DNA of 64,000 nucleotides from Macrostomum lignano (GCA_002269645.1 NIVC01000173.1:558001-622000); one strand, 5' to 3'; positions 36,526 through 53,510 are shown, numbered from the stretch's first letter. Notes: generated by a model from the sequence alone, not told the origin. Numbers and translations are program-made.

Positions 36526-37149
36526 CAGGTCAGCAACAACTGTTTCCCAAATCCCCTCCATCCATGCTTTGCCGTCTCCCCCCAGCCGACGTTGCGTGCG
36601 ATGTTTAACATGAAATTTTTTGTCTCCCGAAAAATGCTATCATCCCCTAATCTTCCCTTCCTCTTCTATGCGGCTAGGGAAATTCTATTTGCTAAAGCCC
36701 AACCCCTGCAAACGGCTTCAATTTCTGCCGGCAAAATTAAAGCCTTAAGCAGAGCCTGACTGAGAGAGAGAGAGAGGGGGGAGAGAGGCTGGAGCCATCC
36801 GATCCGAGAGAAGAGCCGAAGGATTAAAAAGTGATGAGTTTGCGCTTCCCAGGCCGCGCGCGGCCTTGGGGTCCCTGAGGGAGGATCGCCAAAAATTTTT
36901 TTCTGCAAACCACAACGAAGTTTTTTTTGCGTGCTGGTCGGGCTGTATTCTCTAACAGAATTTACAAAAATTCGAAACTCTTAAAGCGAAGTTGCATGGA
37001 AACGATGAGGTCTGGATGATTCTGGCTTGCTGACTGTGTATTACTCAATACTGCATTCTGCTGGGTCTTCAAGTGTGGGCGGTGGACATAGTTTTTTGTT
37101 TAAAATTGCTTATTTATGCCCTCTGTTTCGCTACCCCTTTTTGACCTCC

Positions 37150-40360
<3,211 letters not shown>

Positions 40361-41061
40361 TCTAATTCGCGTCCCATTCTGGTCTCCCTGCATTCGCTTT
40401 CCCAGTCGCTGGCGCTGGGCGACAGGGCGACGTACATCAGGCCTCAGGCAGACAAAAATGACAGAGTTTTCAAAATGCAAATATTACAACTCGTATACCC
40501 GAAAATGTACCGCGTAGACAAACATTTTCTCAGTTTGCGTACATTCTCATGGCACAGCAAACACGAGTCTGATTGCTAGTGTCAATGCTAAACCAATGCG
40601 TAGATATCCATTGATTTTCTAGCATTTTTTCTAGATGTCTGTAAAGCCTCTCTGTGCCCGACTTCTCTCTGACACCTCAGACAGTCAGAAAGTTTCATCT
40701 GCCCTCCAAGGCAATTCTGAACCTATTCCTCTGACGCACGCTCACACAGGGTGTACAGCAGCCTTTCGACTTTCTAATTGGCCAATTTAGCATTGCATTG
40801 CAACACGTGTGATGTGAGGAATGGTCATTAGGTAAACAGCAGTCAGGCAGAGCCCACTACTTTCAACGTCAATTTCCTTTATTTTTAATGAACACGCAGG
40901 CTTGGCCCTCGATAAGCTCTGTCTCGGATAAAAAAGGAATAGAAAGGACATTGTGTCGCGAACTTGTTAGTGCGATCGAGGCAGTCAGATAAATTAGTCT
41001 GACAAAAATATCACAGGTATTCAAGGTGACCGTTTTTGTTTTAAACATGGAGCTACGAAAG

Positions 41062-41776
41062 CTGATAAGCATCAGTTTGGTCTGATAAGCATCAGTTTGG
41101 TCTGATAAGCATCAGTTTGGTCTGATAAGCATCAGTTTGATCTGATAAGCATCAGTTTGATCTGATAAGCATCAATTTGGTCTGATAAGCATCAGTTTGG
41201 TCCGATAAGCATCAATTTGGTCTGATAAGCATCAGTTTGGTCTGATAAGCATCAATTTGGTCTGATAAGCATCAGTTTGGTCCGATAAGCATCAGTTTGA
41301 TCTGATAAGCATCAGTTTGGTCTGATAAGCATCAGTTTGGTCTGATAAGCATCAGTTTGGTCTGATAAGCATCAATTTGGTCTGATAAGCATCAGTTTGG
41401 TCCGATAAGCATCAGTTTGATCTGATAAGCATCAGTTTGATCTGATAAGCATCAGTTTGGTCTGATAAGCATCAGTTTGGTCTGATAAGCATCAGTTTGA
41501 TCTGATAAGCATCAGTTTGGTCTGATAAGCATCAGTTTGGTCTGATAAGCATCAGTTTGGTCTGATAAGCATCAGTTTGGTCTGATAAGAATCAGTTTGG
41601 TCTGATAAGAATCAGTTTGGTCTGATAAGAATCAGTTTGGTCTGATAAGAATCAGTTTGGTCTGATAAGCATCAGTTTGATCTGATAAGCATCAGTTTGG
41701 TCTGATAAGCATCAGTTTGGTCTGATAAGAATCAGTTTGGTCTGATAAGCATCAGTTTGGTCTGATAAGGATCAGT
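41062..41776 (+). repeat. 20-nt minisatellite (TCTGATAAGCATCAGTTTGG)n
   Basis: About 35 tandem units, each with an internal CTGAT..ATCAG inverted repeat. Confidence 0.95.
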
Positions 41777-42826
41777 CTATGATAATTATTCATTTGTCAC
41801 CTGTTGACTCTTGCAATGGATAAATAATCAGCGGCGCTCGCCAGACAATCGTTGTCACGTGCTGCGACCGCTGATTCTTTGCATTGTTTTTCTGTTTGCC
41901 GATCCTACAGACAATGCATTGTTTGTAGTAATGGGTTGTTCTGCATTAAAAATGTGAATAATGATCGTCAAATTGCTAAACAATGAGTAAAAAATCCACG
42001 CAAAAACGTAGACGAAGTTCGTTACGACTACTGTCTTACTTGCAATTTGACATTCAAAACATAGAATTTTACGTAAACAAAATGCACACTATACCAATTT
42101 ATGGAATGCATAGGAAAGCTTCTTTGTATAAGAGCTAATTTTGCGAATGAACCTGTAAGAGAAATGATGGGCAACGGGGATAAAGGGAAAGAGAGAAAAG
42201 GTCCGGGACGGATGTAGGCTTGGCCTTGGTTAAGAAAGATACAAATCTTATATGAATATATGCAACTACAGTAAGGGCGCAATGCATAGCAATTCAGATT
42301 TTATACTTATATATCTTCCAAATAGCAAGACTCAACCGCAGGAAGTCACTTTGCGAGAGCGCTTCAGGATAAACTTAATCATTATGACATTATAAATATT
42401 ATCAAAGAAGTATAGAGACCCACTGCAGTGACGCTACGGTCGGTGAAGATCACAGAAAAAATGAAAGGTTAATAACTTATGAAATGAAGTATAGGTGCTC
42501 AAAAAAGGAAAGAAAGGAGGGGGAAGAGAGGAGCAAGGTGTAGCAGACCACTTATGATAAAAATCGTATTTCGACTGAGAAATTGTAAGACTGACCTCTA
42601 GGATATCTAATATCTTTAAGATATATACAATTTCTCAACGCAAAAAGTTATAAATCTAATGTGTGAACCAAAAGAGCCAAACGTTAATTACGCTAAAATA
42701 GAGTTACTGCAGTTTTCCCCTATATTTAGTCTACGAGTTTAAGAATACTCAGAAATTGCATGGAAAACTCAATTTCAGTATGCACTTTTGCACAGTGTAT
42801 TGCATTATTTTACGAAGTAGACATGA

Positions 42827-43712
42827 ACTATTGAGGTAGATATAGATTATTGAGGTAGATATGGATTATTGAGGTAGATATGGATTATTGAGTTGGATAT
42901 GGATTATTGAGGTAGATATGGATTATTGAGGTGGATATGGATTATTGAGATAGATATGGATTATTGAGGTAGATATTGATTATTGAGGTAGATATGGATT
43001 ATTGAGGTGGATATGGATTATTGAGGTAGATATGGATTATTGAGGTAGATATGGATTATTGAGGTAGATATGGATTATTGAGGTAGATAAAGATTATTGA
43101 GGTAGATATGGATTATTGAGGTAGATATTGATTATTGAATTAGATATGGATTATCGAGGTAGATATTGATTATTGAGGTAGATATGGATTATTGAGGTAG
43201 ATATGGATTATTGAGGTAGATATGGATTATTGAGGTGGATATGGATTATTGAGGTAGATATGGATTATTGAGGTAGATATGGATTATTGAGGTAGATATG
43301 GATTATTGAGGTGGATATGGATTATTGAGGTAGATATGGATTATTGAGGTAGATATGGATTATTGAGGTAAATATTGATTATTGAGGTAGATATTGATTA
43401 TTGAATTAGATATGGATTATTGAGGTAGATATGGATTATTGAGGTAGATATGGATTATTGAGGTAGATATGGATTATTGAGGTAGATATGGATTATTGAG
43501 GTAGATATGGATTATTGAGGTAGATATGGATTATTGAGGTGGATATGGATTATTGAGGTAGATATGGATTATTGAGGTAGATATTGATTATTGAATTAGA
43601 TATGGATTATTGAGGTAGATATGGATTATTGAGGTAGATATGGATTATTGAGGTAGATATGGATTATTGAGGTAGATATGGATTATTAAGGTAGATATTG
43701 TTTATTGAGGTA
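42827..43712 (+). repeat. 19-nt minisatellite (GATTATTGAGGTAGATATG)n
   Basis: Tandem units. Confidence 0.95.
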
Positions 43713-44221
43713 GATACAGACGATTTATTGATATTTGACATTCACACAACGGCAGATAAATGAAGACAAATCAGTAATCTTCAATCAATAAAACAAACTC
43801 AAAACAATCTTGATAATTTGATTGATTTGATCTCATCAGAAAGCGATGCTGTAATCAGGCACGCAATCAACCTGCAGAGTGCAGGGTGAATACCAAAGAT
43901 GGACTATGAATAGGCCGCCCTAACCACTGAGTGTGTTCCAGTTCAATTGAACAGACTGAAAGAAACTAGCTTTTTTAGTGAGCTGTCCGTCTCTTTCGTA
44001 TTCTAATATTCATCCTCTGCTGAGCCAAGCCTGTTTTTGATGACTTCAATTTCTGGTATTTGATGGCAAAAGCATCTGTTCGACTGACAGGAAACAGAAA
44101 TATATAACCGGAACTCTGCGGCCCATTCAAGATATCAATGCGATTACCGAGTGAATGAAGATAGGTAGAATGACAAAAATTTCACAGCATAAAGCAGCTG
44201 GCTTTCCATATGAATTGCAGC

Positions 44222-44910
44222 TCAAAATGAGGATCTGGGAAACTGGCCCAGCAACTGGGGATCTGGGAGGCTGGCCCAGCAACTGGGGATCTGGGCGGCT
44301 GGCCTAGCAACTGACACTCTGGGAAGATGGTAGCCCAGCAACTGAGGATCTGGGAGGCTGAGGACCAGCAACTGAGGATCTGGGAGGCTGAGGACCAGCA
44401 ACTGAGGATCTGGGAGGCTGACCCAGCAACTGAGGATCTGGGAGGCTGGCCCACCAACTGAGGATCTGGGAGGCTGGCCCAGCAACTGAGGATCTGGGAG
44501 GCTGGCCCAGCAACTGAGGATCTGGGAGGCTGGCCCACCAACTGAGGATCTGGGAGGCTAGCCCAGCAACTGAGGATCTGGGAGGCTAGCCCAGCAACTG
44601 AGGATCTGGGAGGCTGAGGACCAGCAACTGAGGATCTGGGAGGCTAGCCCAGCGACTGAGGATCTGGGAGGCTAGCCCAGCAACTGAGGATCTGGGAGGC
44701 TGGCCCACCAACTGAGGATCTGGGAGGTTGGCCCAGCAACTGAGGATCTGGGAGGCTGGCCCACCAACTGAGGATCTGGGAGGCTGGCCCACCAACTGAG
44801 GATCTGGGAGGCTGGCCCAGCAACTGAGGATCTGGGAGGCTGGCCCAGCATCTGGGGATCTGGGAGGCTGGCCTAGCATCTGGGGATCTGGGAGGCTGGC
44901 TCAGCATCCA
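44222..44910 (-). repeat. 28-nt minisatellite family, copy 2
   Basis: Reverse complement of the 11311-11905 unit. Confidence 0.95.
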
Positions 44911-45684
44911 AGGATTAAAAAACCAACAAGGAAAAGTTCAAACACTTTACTACAAGTAACACGTGCAATATTTCAAAAGTGTGCACGACTTAGTCATAAT
45001 CTGATATGGAAAATTTTGAGAAAAAGAACACATTAATTTGTATTTGTATCATGAAACCAGGATTTTTAGGGCAGTAATAAAACCGGCACGAAAAAAGTCC
45101 ATTGGTATTTTCTGGCACATCGAGTGCTGAAACTCTGAAGTTTAAATTGCATAATAAAAATATTTTATTGAAAATTCAACAAAGTATGCGTGTGCCTCAA
45201 AATTTTTCACAGCCATTTTTCTAGTCCAATAAATCAAGTATGAGTAAAAATATTTGAATCGATTTTTATTTTTGGTGCAACAATAACCATGATAGAAAAA
45301 TACAAAACAATAAAAGCCTCAGCATAGTATAGGTTTTGGACGGAATAACGGAGACTCTTGAAAATAATTTTTACTGCAAGCAAGCGCAGTGCCAGACAAA
45401 CTCGGACAAACTCGGACACGCGGGGATGTGAAAGAGCAGACGTGGACTTGTTGATAAATCAAATTGTGTGGCCACTGAAGCATAGATAGGAGAGTATTGA
45501 AATGGTTTACCAAAATTTCGATAAACTAAGACTGAAAAACACGCTATTTTTTCTACTTACAAGTAGTGTAGTTAGGTTTCAATACGAAAAATCTACACTA
45601 ATAAATAGAGAATCTCAGGTTTTTAACAGGGGAGTTATTTGTATTGTTTGGAATGTCTTTTTGATTGAGGAAATTGAGTCTTGA

Positions 45685-45950
45685 GGGGGTCGTAGTCTAG
45701 TGGTCAGAGCGTCGGACTCACGACTGAAAGGTCGGGGGTTCGATTTCCGATCCCACTCGGAACAATTTGTGTCCTTGAGCAAGACACTTAACTCTGCATT
45801 GCTTCGGTTCACCCAGCTGTAAAATGGGTGCCAGCATTAGCTGGGGTAATTGAGGCTGTGTGTGGTGACCACCAGTCCTTGGACTGGACAGCCTTCAGAT
45901 GCGCCACGCTATAGCTTCGATCGGGACAGGTGTAATCAATTATTATTATT
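45685..45950 (+). mobile_element. tRNA-derived CORE-like SINE, copy 2
   Basis: A/B boxes, GTGTCCTTGAGCAAGACACTTAAC..CAGCTGTAAAATGGG, (ATT)n tail; aligns by eye to copy 1. Confidence 0.9.
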
Positions 45951-46185
45951 AAACAACTGAGTCTAAAGACATTTCCCTCCTTAATTCCCCTTAAGAGCAT
46001 AGAAAAATCAATAAAAGATGATCGATATTTTCCCAAGCGAGCGTCTATGTTATAAGAAATAAGAAATAAAAATCACGCGACCTCCTCTTGTATACTTGCA
46101 CTCTATATACTACTGCTACTACTAAGTAGGAGAGTAAAATAAATGTCAAATTCAAGTCATTTTGAATTTATATTTGAACAACAAG

Positions 46186-49100
46186 TCAGACGCACAGCTG
46201 ATCAATCAGCTGACTCAATCGGTAGCCTTCGTCCAGCTCGGCAGCTGACAGAGTCTCAGCCAGGGTGTGCACCTCCGCCTCGCCGCTATTAGCTCGGACC
46301 AGGACGCACACAGCGCGGTCGCTTTTCGAGCCCCGACCAGTTGAATGGTAGTCTTCGCCAAGTGCGAAATCCGATACGCCAGACTCTGCAAAAACGCTGA
46401 CAGGACCGGAGCTCTTCTGCGTGAGGTCGTACACCAGCAGGCGACCGCTGGAATCCAGCGAGTAGAACACAGCCGGCCGGCTTCTCGACCAGAGCAGGCG
46501 AACTATCGAGTCTGACTTCGGCTGCACAGTCAGCAGCGGACTAGTCGATGATGACGTCATCAGGCGCACGTGACCATCGGCGTAGCCAATCAGCAGGAGG
46601 CCGTTGCCGTGCGGCGAGGCGTCAATAGCCGTGACGCTAGCCGGTAGGCGATGCTCGAAGTCGCCGCAGATTGAATGACAACGCCGACTGCCGGAGCTTC
46701 CGCCGGCGCCAACGTTGACGCGAATCAGGCAGCCGTCGGCTCCGCCAACGATAGCGCCGTCGCCATTGGCGCCAGCGGACATGCAGAGCGGCGGCAGAGG
46801 AGCCGAAGCTGACGGCAGTTCCAGACGGGAGCTGCGCATCAGGCTGACCCGGCCGCCAGGACGAAGACCCAAGTCAGAGGCTGAGCCGGCCGGATCGGCC
46901 GGGCCGACGTGAGTCGACGCCACCCAGGCTTGAAGTCGGCCGCTTGAGTCCATGGAGACCAACTGTGAAAGTGAAGTAGGGTGATACAATTTCGGGTAAA
47001 CGGCTGGAGTAATCGAATGAATAGCCTCGCCAGCTAATTAGCCTAGTAAAATCGTTTCAAAGACTTTGGCAGGTATGCCGATGCTCGCAGACAGAGTCAA
47101 GCAGCTGGGGGTGGCTTGGCTGCTCAAGATGAGGGCAGCCAAGCTCCACAGCTTCCACATTGAGCCGGAAGCCCCTCGGGCTCCGGGCCGAACCCCCGTT
47201 CTCAATGTCCTCTGGGATGCAATGAGGCAAATTTAAAATCGAAATCTGTAAATATTTTAAATTCTTTCGATCAAACACAAAATATAACTGCGGCAGAGTT
47301 CTTCGGAACTGATCCGCGCCGGTTTTGACGGCACTTTGTTTTAACAACAAAGACTAGCAAGACAATGCAATATTTCGACCTCACCTGGTAAGCGCCGCCG
47401 GAATGCAGCGCTCGACCAACAGCGGCCAATCCGACAACTCCGCCGCCCAGATGATTGCCAACTGGCGACCAGGCCGTACTATAAGTCGGTCCGCGAATCG
47501 ACACCCCGTCTGCGTCGTAGCGTCCGTGCGATTCGGCCGGCTCAGTTGGATCCCAAAGGCACAGCGCGCCGTCGTCTAATCCGGCGCAGACGAACTCGTC
47601 GGGTGTCCAGCAAGCGCAGGCTACGCCGCCGGGAGCGGATAGGACGCACAGTGGCAGCTCAGGCTCGTGAGCATTCCATAGCAACAGAGTCGACGAGTTC
47701 GGATGCATAGTGAGCAGCTTAGCCGATCGTTTAGGATCGAACAGAGCTCGAGACGCTGGACCGTAAGTTGATGAAGCTGTCAACGGTGTGAAGCCGCTGC
47801 TTAAATGACCGGCGGCTTCGCGCCTGCCATTCGGCACCCGGGGCCGGCTCTGCTCTTCAAGGACGCGTCGAACTAAGTCCAGAGTGCGCTGCAGCGACTT
47901 GGCCGACGGTTGAATCGGTTTGGACGGCAGCTGAGCCGTCTGCTTCTTTTTATGCTTCTTTTTATCTTTGCTATCATAATCTTCATCTGCAGAATCCTCA
48001 TCGTTGGCTGCCGCAACTCCGGCGCATTCAACAAGATCGCCAGGCGGATTCTGAGTCCAACGGGTGGAAAATTCAATATCGTCAGTCATCGCTTCGCGAT
48101 CGATAGCGTCTTCGTTAGTCTGTACAGCGGCTTGGTGAGCGTTGCTTCTACCGTATTGGCGCATATAAAGCGCGTATTCCTCTAGCGGAGCCAGTTGGAA
48201 CAGATCGTAGGAAACTTTGTCCAGATCGATTAGTCGGGACAGTTCGTCCCAGCGGCGCTGTGTTCGACTAGCCGCCGCCGTATTGGCTTGACGACGCTTA
48301 GCGCCGAAGAAATCAATGAACGCCTTGGGTCTGGGCGTCTGTTGCTGCTGCTGACTAGACGTTTTGTGCCTATCGTAATCATCTTCACTATCATCTTCGT
48401 ATTGCTGTCTAGCGGGTACATTTCTCTGCTGGTCTTTGCTATCTGTCTTTGCAGCAGCGGGCGGCTTGCGGTCTTTGTCTGAATCGTCGTCGTCTTCATT
48501 ATCATCGTCTTCAAAGTCGTCGAAATCTTCGTCATAATTTTCGAACTCATCGTCGTCATAGTTGTAGTCGTCCTCCGCCGCTTCGGCTGTTTCCGCTTGA
48601 CCGTTGGACTTGGTTGTCTGCTCAGACGATTTCCGATCACCGTCTTTGTTCTTGCGCCTGTCGCGATCTCTTTCATCGCGGTGCCTATCTCGCTCTTTGT
48701 CATCCCGGTGCCTGTCTCGGTCTTTGTCATCACGATGCCTGTCTCGGTCTTTGTCATCCCGGTGCCTGTCTCGGTCTTTGTCATCCCGGTGCCTGTCTCG
48801 GTCTTTGTCATCCCGGTGCCTGTCTCGGTCTTTGTCATCCCGGTGCCTGTCTCGGTCTTTGTCATCCCGGTGCCTGTCTCGGTCTTTGTCATCCCGGTGC
48901 CTGTCTCGGTCTTTGTCATCCCGGTGCCTGTCTCGGTCTTTATCGTCTCTATGTCGCCTCTCTCGGTCTTTGTCGTCTCGGTGTCTGTCACGATCTTTAT
49001 CATCTTTATGCCGCTTTTCCCGATCTTTGTCATCCCTTTGTCTGTCTCGGTCTTTGTCCTCACGGCGTCTGTCTCGGTCTTTATCGTCTTTATGTCTCCT

Positions 49101-49421
49101 GTCTCGATCTTTGTCGTCTCGTTGTCTTCTTTCTCGGTCTTTGTCATCTCTGTGCTTACTATCCCGCTCTTTGTCATCCTTGTGGCTTCTTTCCCTATCA
49201 TTGCCTTTGTGCCGACTATCGCGCCTGTCCCTATCCCGATCTCGATCCTCTCTATCCCTATCTTTATCCTCCTTATCTCCGCCTCCTTTGCTTTTGCTAC
49301 GCCTAGCCTGCTTCGCTTCGGTGTCCATTTCGTCTAGAATTTTGCGCATAGCACCCGGCTTGGCCGTGTCCTCGAGGCGGCCGCGCCGACTGCCGCTACT
49401 GCTGCGCTTGTCCTGCGGCAT
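46186..49421 (-). CDS. DYNC2I1: WD repeat dynein-2 intermediate chain WDR60/DYNC2I1, 2 exons (49421-47385, 46962-46186), ~937 aa
   Basis: R/D/K-rich N-terminus, acidic DYNYDDDEFE, RLIDLD..LFQLAPLEEYALYMRQYGRSNAHQAAVQTNED..RWTQNP, WD40 repeats, YQ|LVSMDSSGRLQAWV..GSASDLGLRPGGRV, W.RSRPAVF; all match recalled WDR60 motifs. Phase-0 GT-AG intron. Confidence 0.92.
47060..47230 (+). mobile_element. Possible short LINE 3'-end remnant in the WDR60 intron
   Basis: Plus frame LAGMPMLADRVKQLGVAWLLKMRAAKLHSFHIEPEAPRAPGRTPVLNVLWDAMRQI* resembles C-terminal ends of non-LTR ORF2; by impression only. Confidence 0.25.
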
Positions 49422-50564
49422 CTGTCAGGCGTTTACTTATACAAATCTCTAGAGATCTTTGTGTCAAATAGTTTGATCGATTGATTTTTCCCCCCAATAA
49501 ATCCGATTCATCAAGGACAATTGCGTGAATGCTTTTAAATTAAATTAATTACTGTTTATTATTCCTAGACTATTGTAATTTGGGAATTGATACACAATCA
49601 AAAAAGGCACACATTTAGGATGCAGTGCAACTAAAAAACAACTGTGCTTTAATAAGACTAGTGCTAGATCCAGCTTCCCGAGTAGAACTCCGATATGTAT
49701 CGTTAAAAATGTCCTTTCTTACACACAAAGAAAAGTTGAATAGCTTGCACATTGGACACAAACTTTGTTTATAAGGACCGATTGGAAAATTCGAACCAAC
49801 GACGTCTGGACAACTCTAAACCAGGGGTTGGAAAACTTTTTTAGCTCAAGGGCTCATGGCTGTGGGACATATGGGAGAGGAAAGCACGAGTATAGAGGAA
49901 AGAGAACAGGAAAGAATAGATGAGAGAAGATAAGACGTGTCATTTAGAGTTAGAGGCAGGGGGGTGCACCCTGGCGCACTTTAAGCGACATTGTCACACA
50001 ACTGGCGAGAGGCATTACTGCCCATTCCGCCGACTCCCCTGAGCAGGCACACAAGCGTGCGGATACGTACGCAGTCATACGCACAGGCACACACTCACAC
50101 AGGAGTGTACAGCGGCCCTAACTTTATTTATCGTTAGGCATGTACACTTCACTGTGCCTTGGGGGTGCCCCTTAAGGGCATTATTACACCAAAAGAACCA
50201 AGTCGAGATTCCAATTCAGCTCCGAATTAATGTGACTGCACTGGGAATCGAGCCCGGGCCGCTGGCACATCAGAGCGCCGCGCCAGAGCAACAGCGGGCC
50301 GGAGTTTGTCCTAAGTTGCTTGTTAAAGAGATAACGAAAATTAAAAAAATGAAGCAAAGAAACACTTCTTAGAAACATATCTAAAATGCGAGTTTATTAA
50401 AGCAATTAAATGTGCTAACATAGTAGAATTTAGCAATAGTACATTAGTCAAGTACAAGCCGAGTACATGTAGGTGCAGTAATAATATTAAGCAGTGTTAC
50501 ATATCAGCAAAAAAATAAAAGAACAACAAAAACATGACCAAATCAACGACCATATGGAGGGTCT

Positions 50565-51405
50565 GACTGCGCCATGACCGAATCAATGACCAAGGGAGTG
50601 AAGTTACTGCGCCATGACCGAATCAATGACCAAAGGAGTGAAGTTACTGCGCCATGACCGAATCAATGACCAAGGGAGTGAAGTTACTGCGCCATGACCG
50701 AATCAATGACCAAAGGAGTGAAGTTACTGTGCCATGACCGAATCAATGACCAAGGGAGTGAAGTTACTGCGCCATGACCGAATCAATGACCAAGGGAGTG
50801 AAGTTACTGCGCCATGACCGAATCAATGACCTAGGGAGTGAAGTTACTGCGCCATGACCGAATCAATGACCAAGGGAGTGAAGTTACTGCGTCATAACCG
50901 AATAAATGACCAAAGGAGTGAAGTTACTGCGCCATGACCGAATCAATGACCAAAGGAGTGAAGTTACTGTGCCATGACCGAATCAATGACCAAGGGAGTG
51001 AAGTTACTGCGCCATGACCGAATCAATGACCAAGGGAGTGAAGTTACTGCGCCATGACCGAATCAATGACCTAGGGAGTGAAGTTACTGCGCCATGACCG
51101 AATCAATGACCAAGGGAGTGAAGTTACTGCGTCATAACCGAATCAATGACCAAGGGAGTGAAGTTACTGCGTCATAACCGAATCAATGACCAAGGGAGTG
51201 AAGTTACTGCGTCATAACCGAACCAATGACCAAAGGAGTGAAGTTACTGCATCATAAGCGAATCAATAACCAAAGGAGTAAAGTTACTGCGTCATAACCG
51301 AATCAATGACCAAGGGAGTGAAGTTACTGCGCCATGACCGAATCAATGACCAAAGGAGTGAAGTTACTGCGTCATGACTGAATTAATGACCAAGGAAGTG
51401 AAGTC
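50565..51405 (+). repeat. 40-nt minisatellite (ACTGCGCCATGACCGAATCAATGACCAAGGGAGTGAAGTT)n, ~21 units
   Basis: Period of 40 nt with no unique spacers. Confidence 0.95.
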
Positions 51406-51548
51406 AAAGGGTCATAAAATGAAAGCTATATCCGTGTTATATCCGAAGCTATGACTCAAAAATGAGTTCAGACTCGGAAGTACACACAAAGATCATATTG
51501 CACACCAAGGCCCTAATAGTGCAATGCTGAGTCAGCGATCAAACTTAG

Positions 51549-52805
51549 CTAAGTTTGAGGCGGTTTCTTCTGACTCAAACGCATAATAAAATCCATCAGA
51601 ATCATTTGAGTTCGAATATCGTTGGGACTATTCGTGACAAAGAATCCGGGGACGCCGGACTTCTCTAACGTACTCTGCTGAGTGAGCACTTTCTGGTCCA
51701 ATTCCATAATAATTTTCATGTCGAATTTTTTCAACCGATCAGCTTGAGTTCGCTCCAACTCGATGGTTTGACGCTCGTGAATTTGTCGAACTCGGCGCTC
51801 CTCGGCAGTTCGTTGCCGACCGACGGCAACTATGGAGGCCAACTCTTCCGCCTGTCTGGCACTCAGATCCGACCGTTCAAGTTTCAGTTCCGACTCTAGT
51901 TGGCGTCTTCGTTCTGACAGGGATTTCTCTTCTAAATGCTGAACCTCGCGCAGGTCGCGAACGATGTCGAATACGGTGCCGTCCAAGAGCGAATTGGCTA
52001 AGCGACAGATTTGGTCGTGGGATACCCGAGAGCGATGTACGGCTGGCAGGGCCAAGTGCATTTGCTAAGGGTGATGGGGTGGGTGTTGTGCGCTTCTAAT
52101 TAGCACCGATTTTTTAAAACTTTTTTATCGATTTCCCCCCAATCTCTTCACCATCGATTTCTCCCCAATCTCTTCATCATCGATTTCCCCCCAATCTCTT
52201 CACCATCGATTTCTCCCCAATCTCTTCACCATCGATTTCTCCCCAATCTCTTCCCCATCGATTTCTCCCCAATCTCTTCACCATCGATTTCTCCCTACTC
52301 TCTTCACCATCGATTTCTCCCCAATCTCTTCACCATCGATTTCTCCCATCAATCTCTTCACCATCGATTTCTCCCATCAATCTCTTCACCATCGATTTCT
52401 CCCCAATCTCTTTCCCATCGATCTCTTCCCCATCGATTTCTCCCATCAATCTCTTCACCATCGATTTCTCCCCAATCTCTTCCCATCGATCTCTTCCCCA
52501 TCGATTTCTCCCATCAATCTCTCCTCCCCATTGATTTCTCCCATTAATCACTCTTCCCCATCAAATTCTCCTATCGATTTCTTCCCTATCGATTTATTCC
52601 ATCAATCACTCTTCCCCATCGATTCTCTTAATCTCTTGCTCATCGAATTCTAACTGATCTCTTTCTTCCCTATCAATTTTTGGATTTTTACCTGCAGCTG
52701 CTCCAACAGAAAGTAGTGCTTTCTTTGCAGCGCCTCTTTAGACTGTAATTCTTCCGCAACAGTTTGCAGAAGTTCCGGATCCAAATTTGGTATGTATTGC
52801 GTCAT
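51549..52805 (-). CDS. DGCR6: DGCR6 / gonadal protein (gdl) family, 2 exons (52805-52692, 52064-51549), ~209 aa
   Basis: LQRKHYFLLEQLQ|QMHLALP..LANSLLDGTVFDIVRDLREVQHLEEKSL..IIMELDQKVLTQQSTLEKSGVPGFFVTN..QMILMDFI matches DGCR6 motifs; phase-0 GT-AG intron. Confidence 0.93.
52128..52625 (+). repeat. 26-nt minisatellite (CATCGATTTCTCCCCAATCTCTTCAC)n
   Basis: Fills most of the DGCR6 intron. Confidence 0.95.
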
Positions 52806-52902
52806 ACTGCGTCCAGTGCTTAGTACTTAGCATGCATTACAATTTCATTAAGGTTGATATTAGCAAGACAACAGTCATAATGACATAATCAATATAATAT
52901 GA

Positions 52903-53510
52903 TCTGTGATTCTAAAGGAATCTGTGATCTCAAAGGAATCTGTGATCCCAAAGGAAACCGTGATCCCAAAGGAATCTGTGATCCCAAAGGAAACCGTGAT
53001 CCTAAAGGAATCTGTGATCCCAAAGGAAACCGTGATCCTAAAGGAATCTGTGATCCCAAAGGAAACCGTGATCCCAAAGGAATCTGTGATCCCACAAGAA
53101 TCTGTGATCCCAAAGGACTCTGTGATCCCAAAGGACTCTGTGATCCAAAGGAATCTGTGATCCCAAAGGAATCTGTGATCCCACAAGAATCTGTGATCCC
53201 AAAGGACTCTGTGATCCCAAAGGACTCTGTGATCCCAAAGGACTCTGTGATCCCAAAGGAATCTGTGATCCCAAAGGAATCTGTGATCCCACAAGAATCT
53301 GTGATCCCAAAGGACTCTGTGATCCCAAAGGACTCTGTGATCCCAAAGGACTCTGTGATCCCAAAGGACTCTGTGATCCCAAAGGAACCCGTGATTCCGA
53401 AGGAATCTGTGACCCCAAAGGAAACCGTGATCCCAAAGGAATCTGTGACCCCAAAGGAACCCGTGATCCCAAAGGAATCTGTGACCCCAAAGGAACCCGT
53501 GATCCCAAAG
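52903..53510 (+). repeat. 18-nt minisatellite (CTGTGATCCCAAAGGAAT)n
   Basis: Tandem units upstream of DGCR6. Confidence 0.95.

Noticed and set aside
36991-37003. X-box-like GTTGCATGGAAAC as an RFX site for the ciliary gene WDR60
   Set aside because: One base short of consensus and 9 kb downstream of WDR60; no X-box was seen upstream of WDR60.
47057-47350. 97-aa minus-strand ORF as an extra WDR60 exon
   Set aside because: Direct splicing 47385 to 46962 already restores the conserved YQ|LVSMD motif; no good donor follows this ORF.
49822-50041. CAGGGG..CCCCTG hAT-like ends
   Set aside because: Only 6 bp match and there is no TSD.
50565-51405. Regular 40-nt repeat that could be mistaken for a CRISPR array
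   Set aside because: No unique spacers, no cas genes, eukaryotic context; it is a plain minisatellite.
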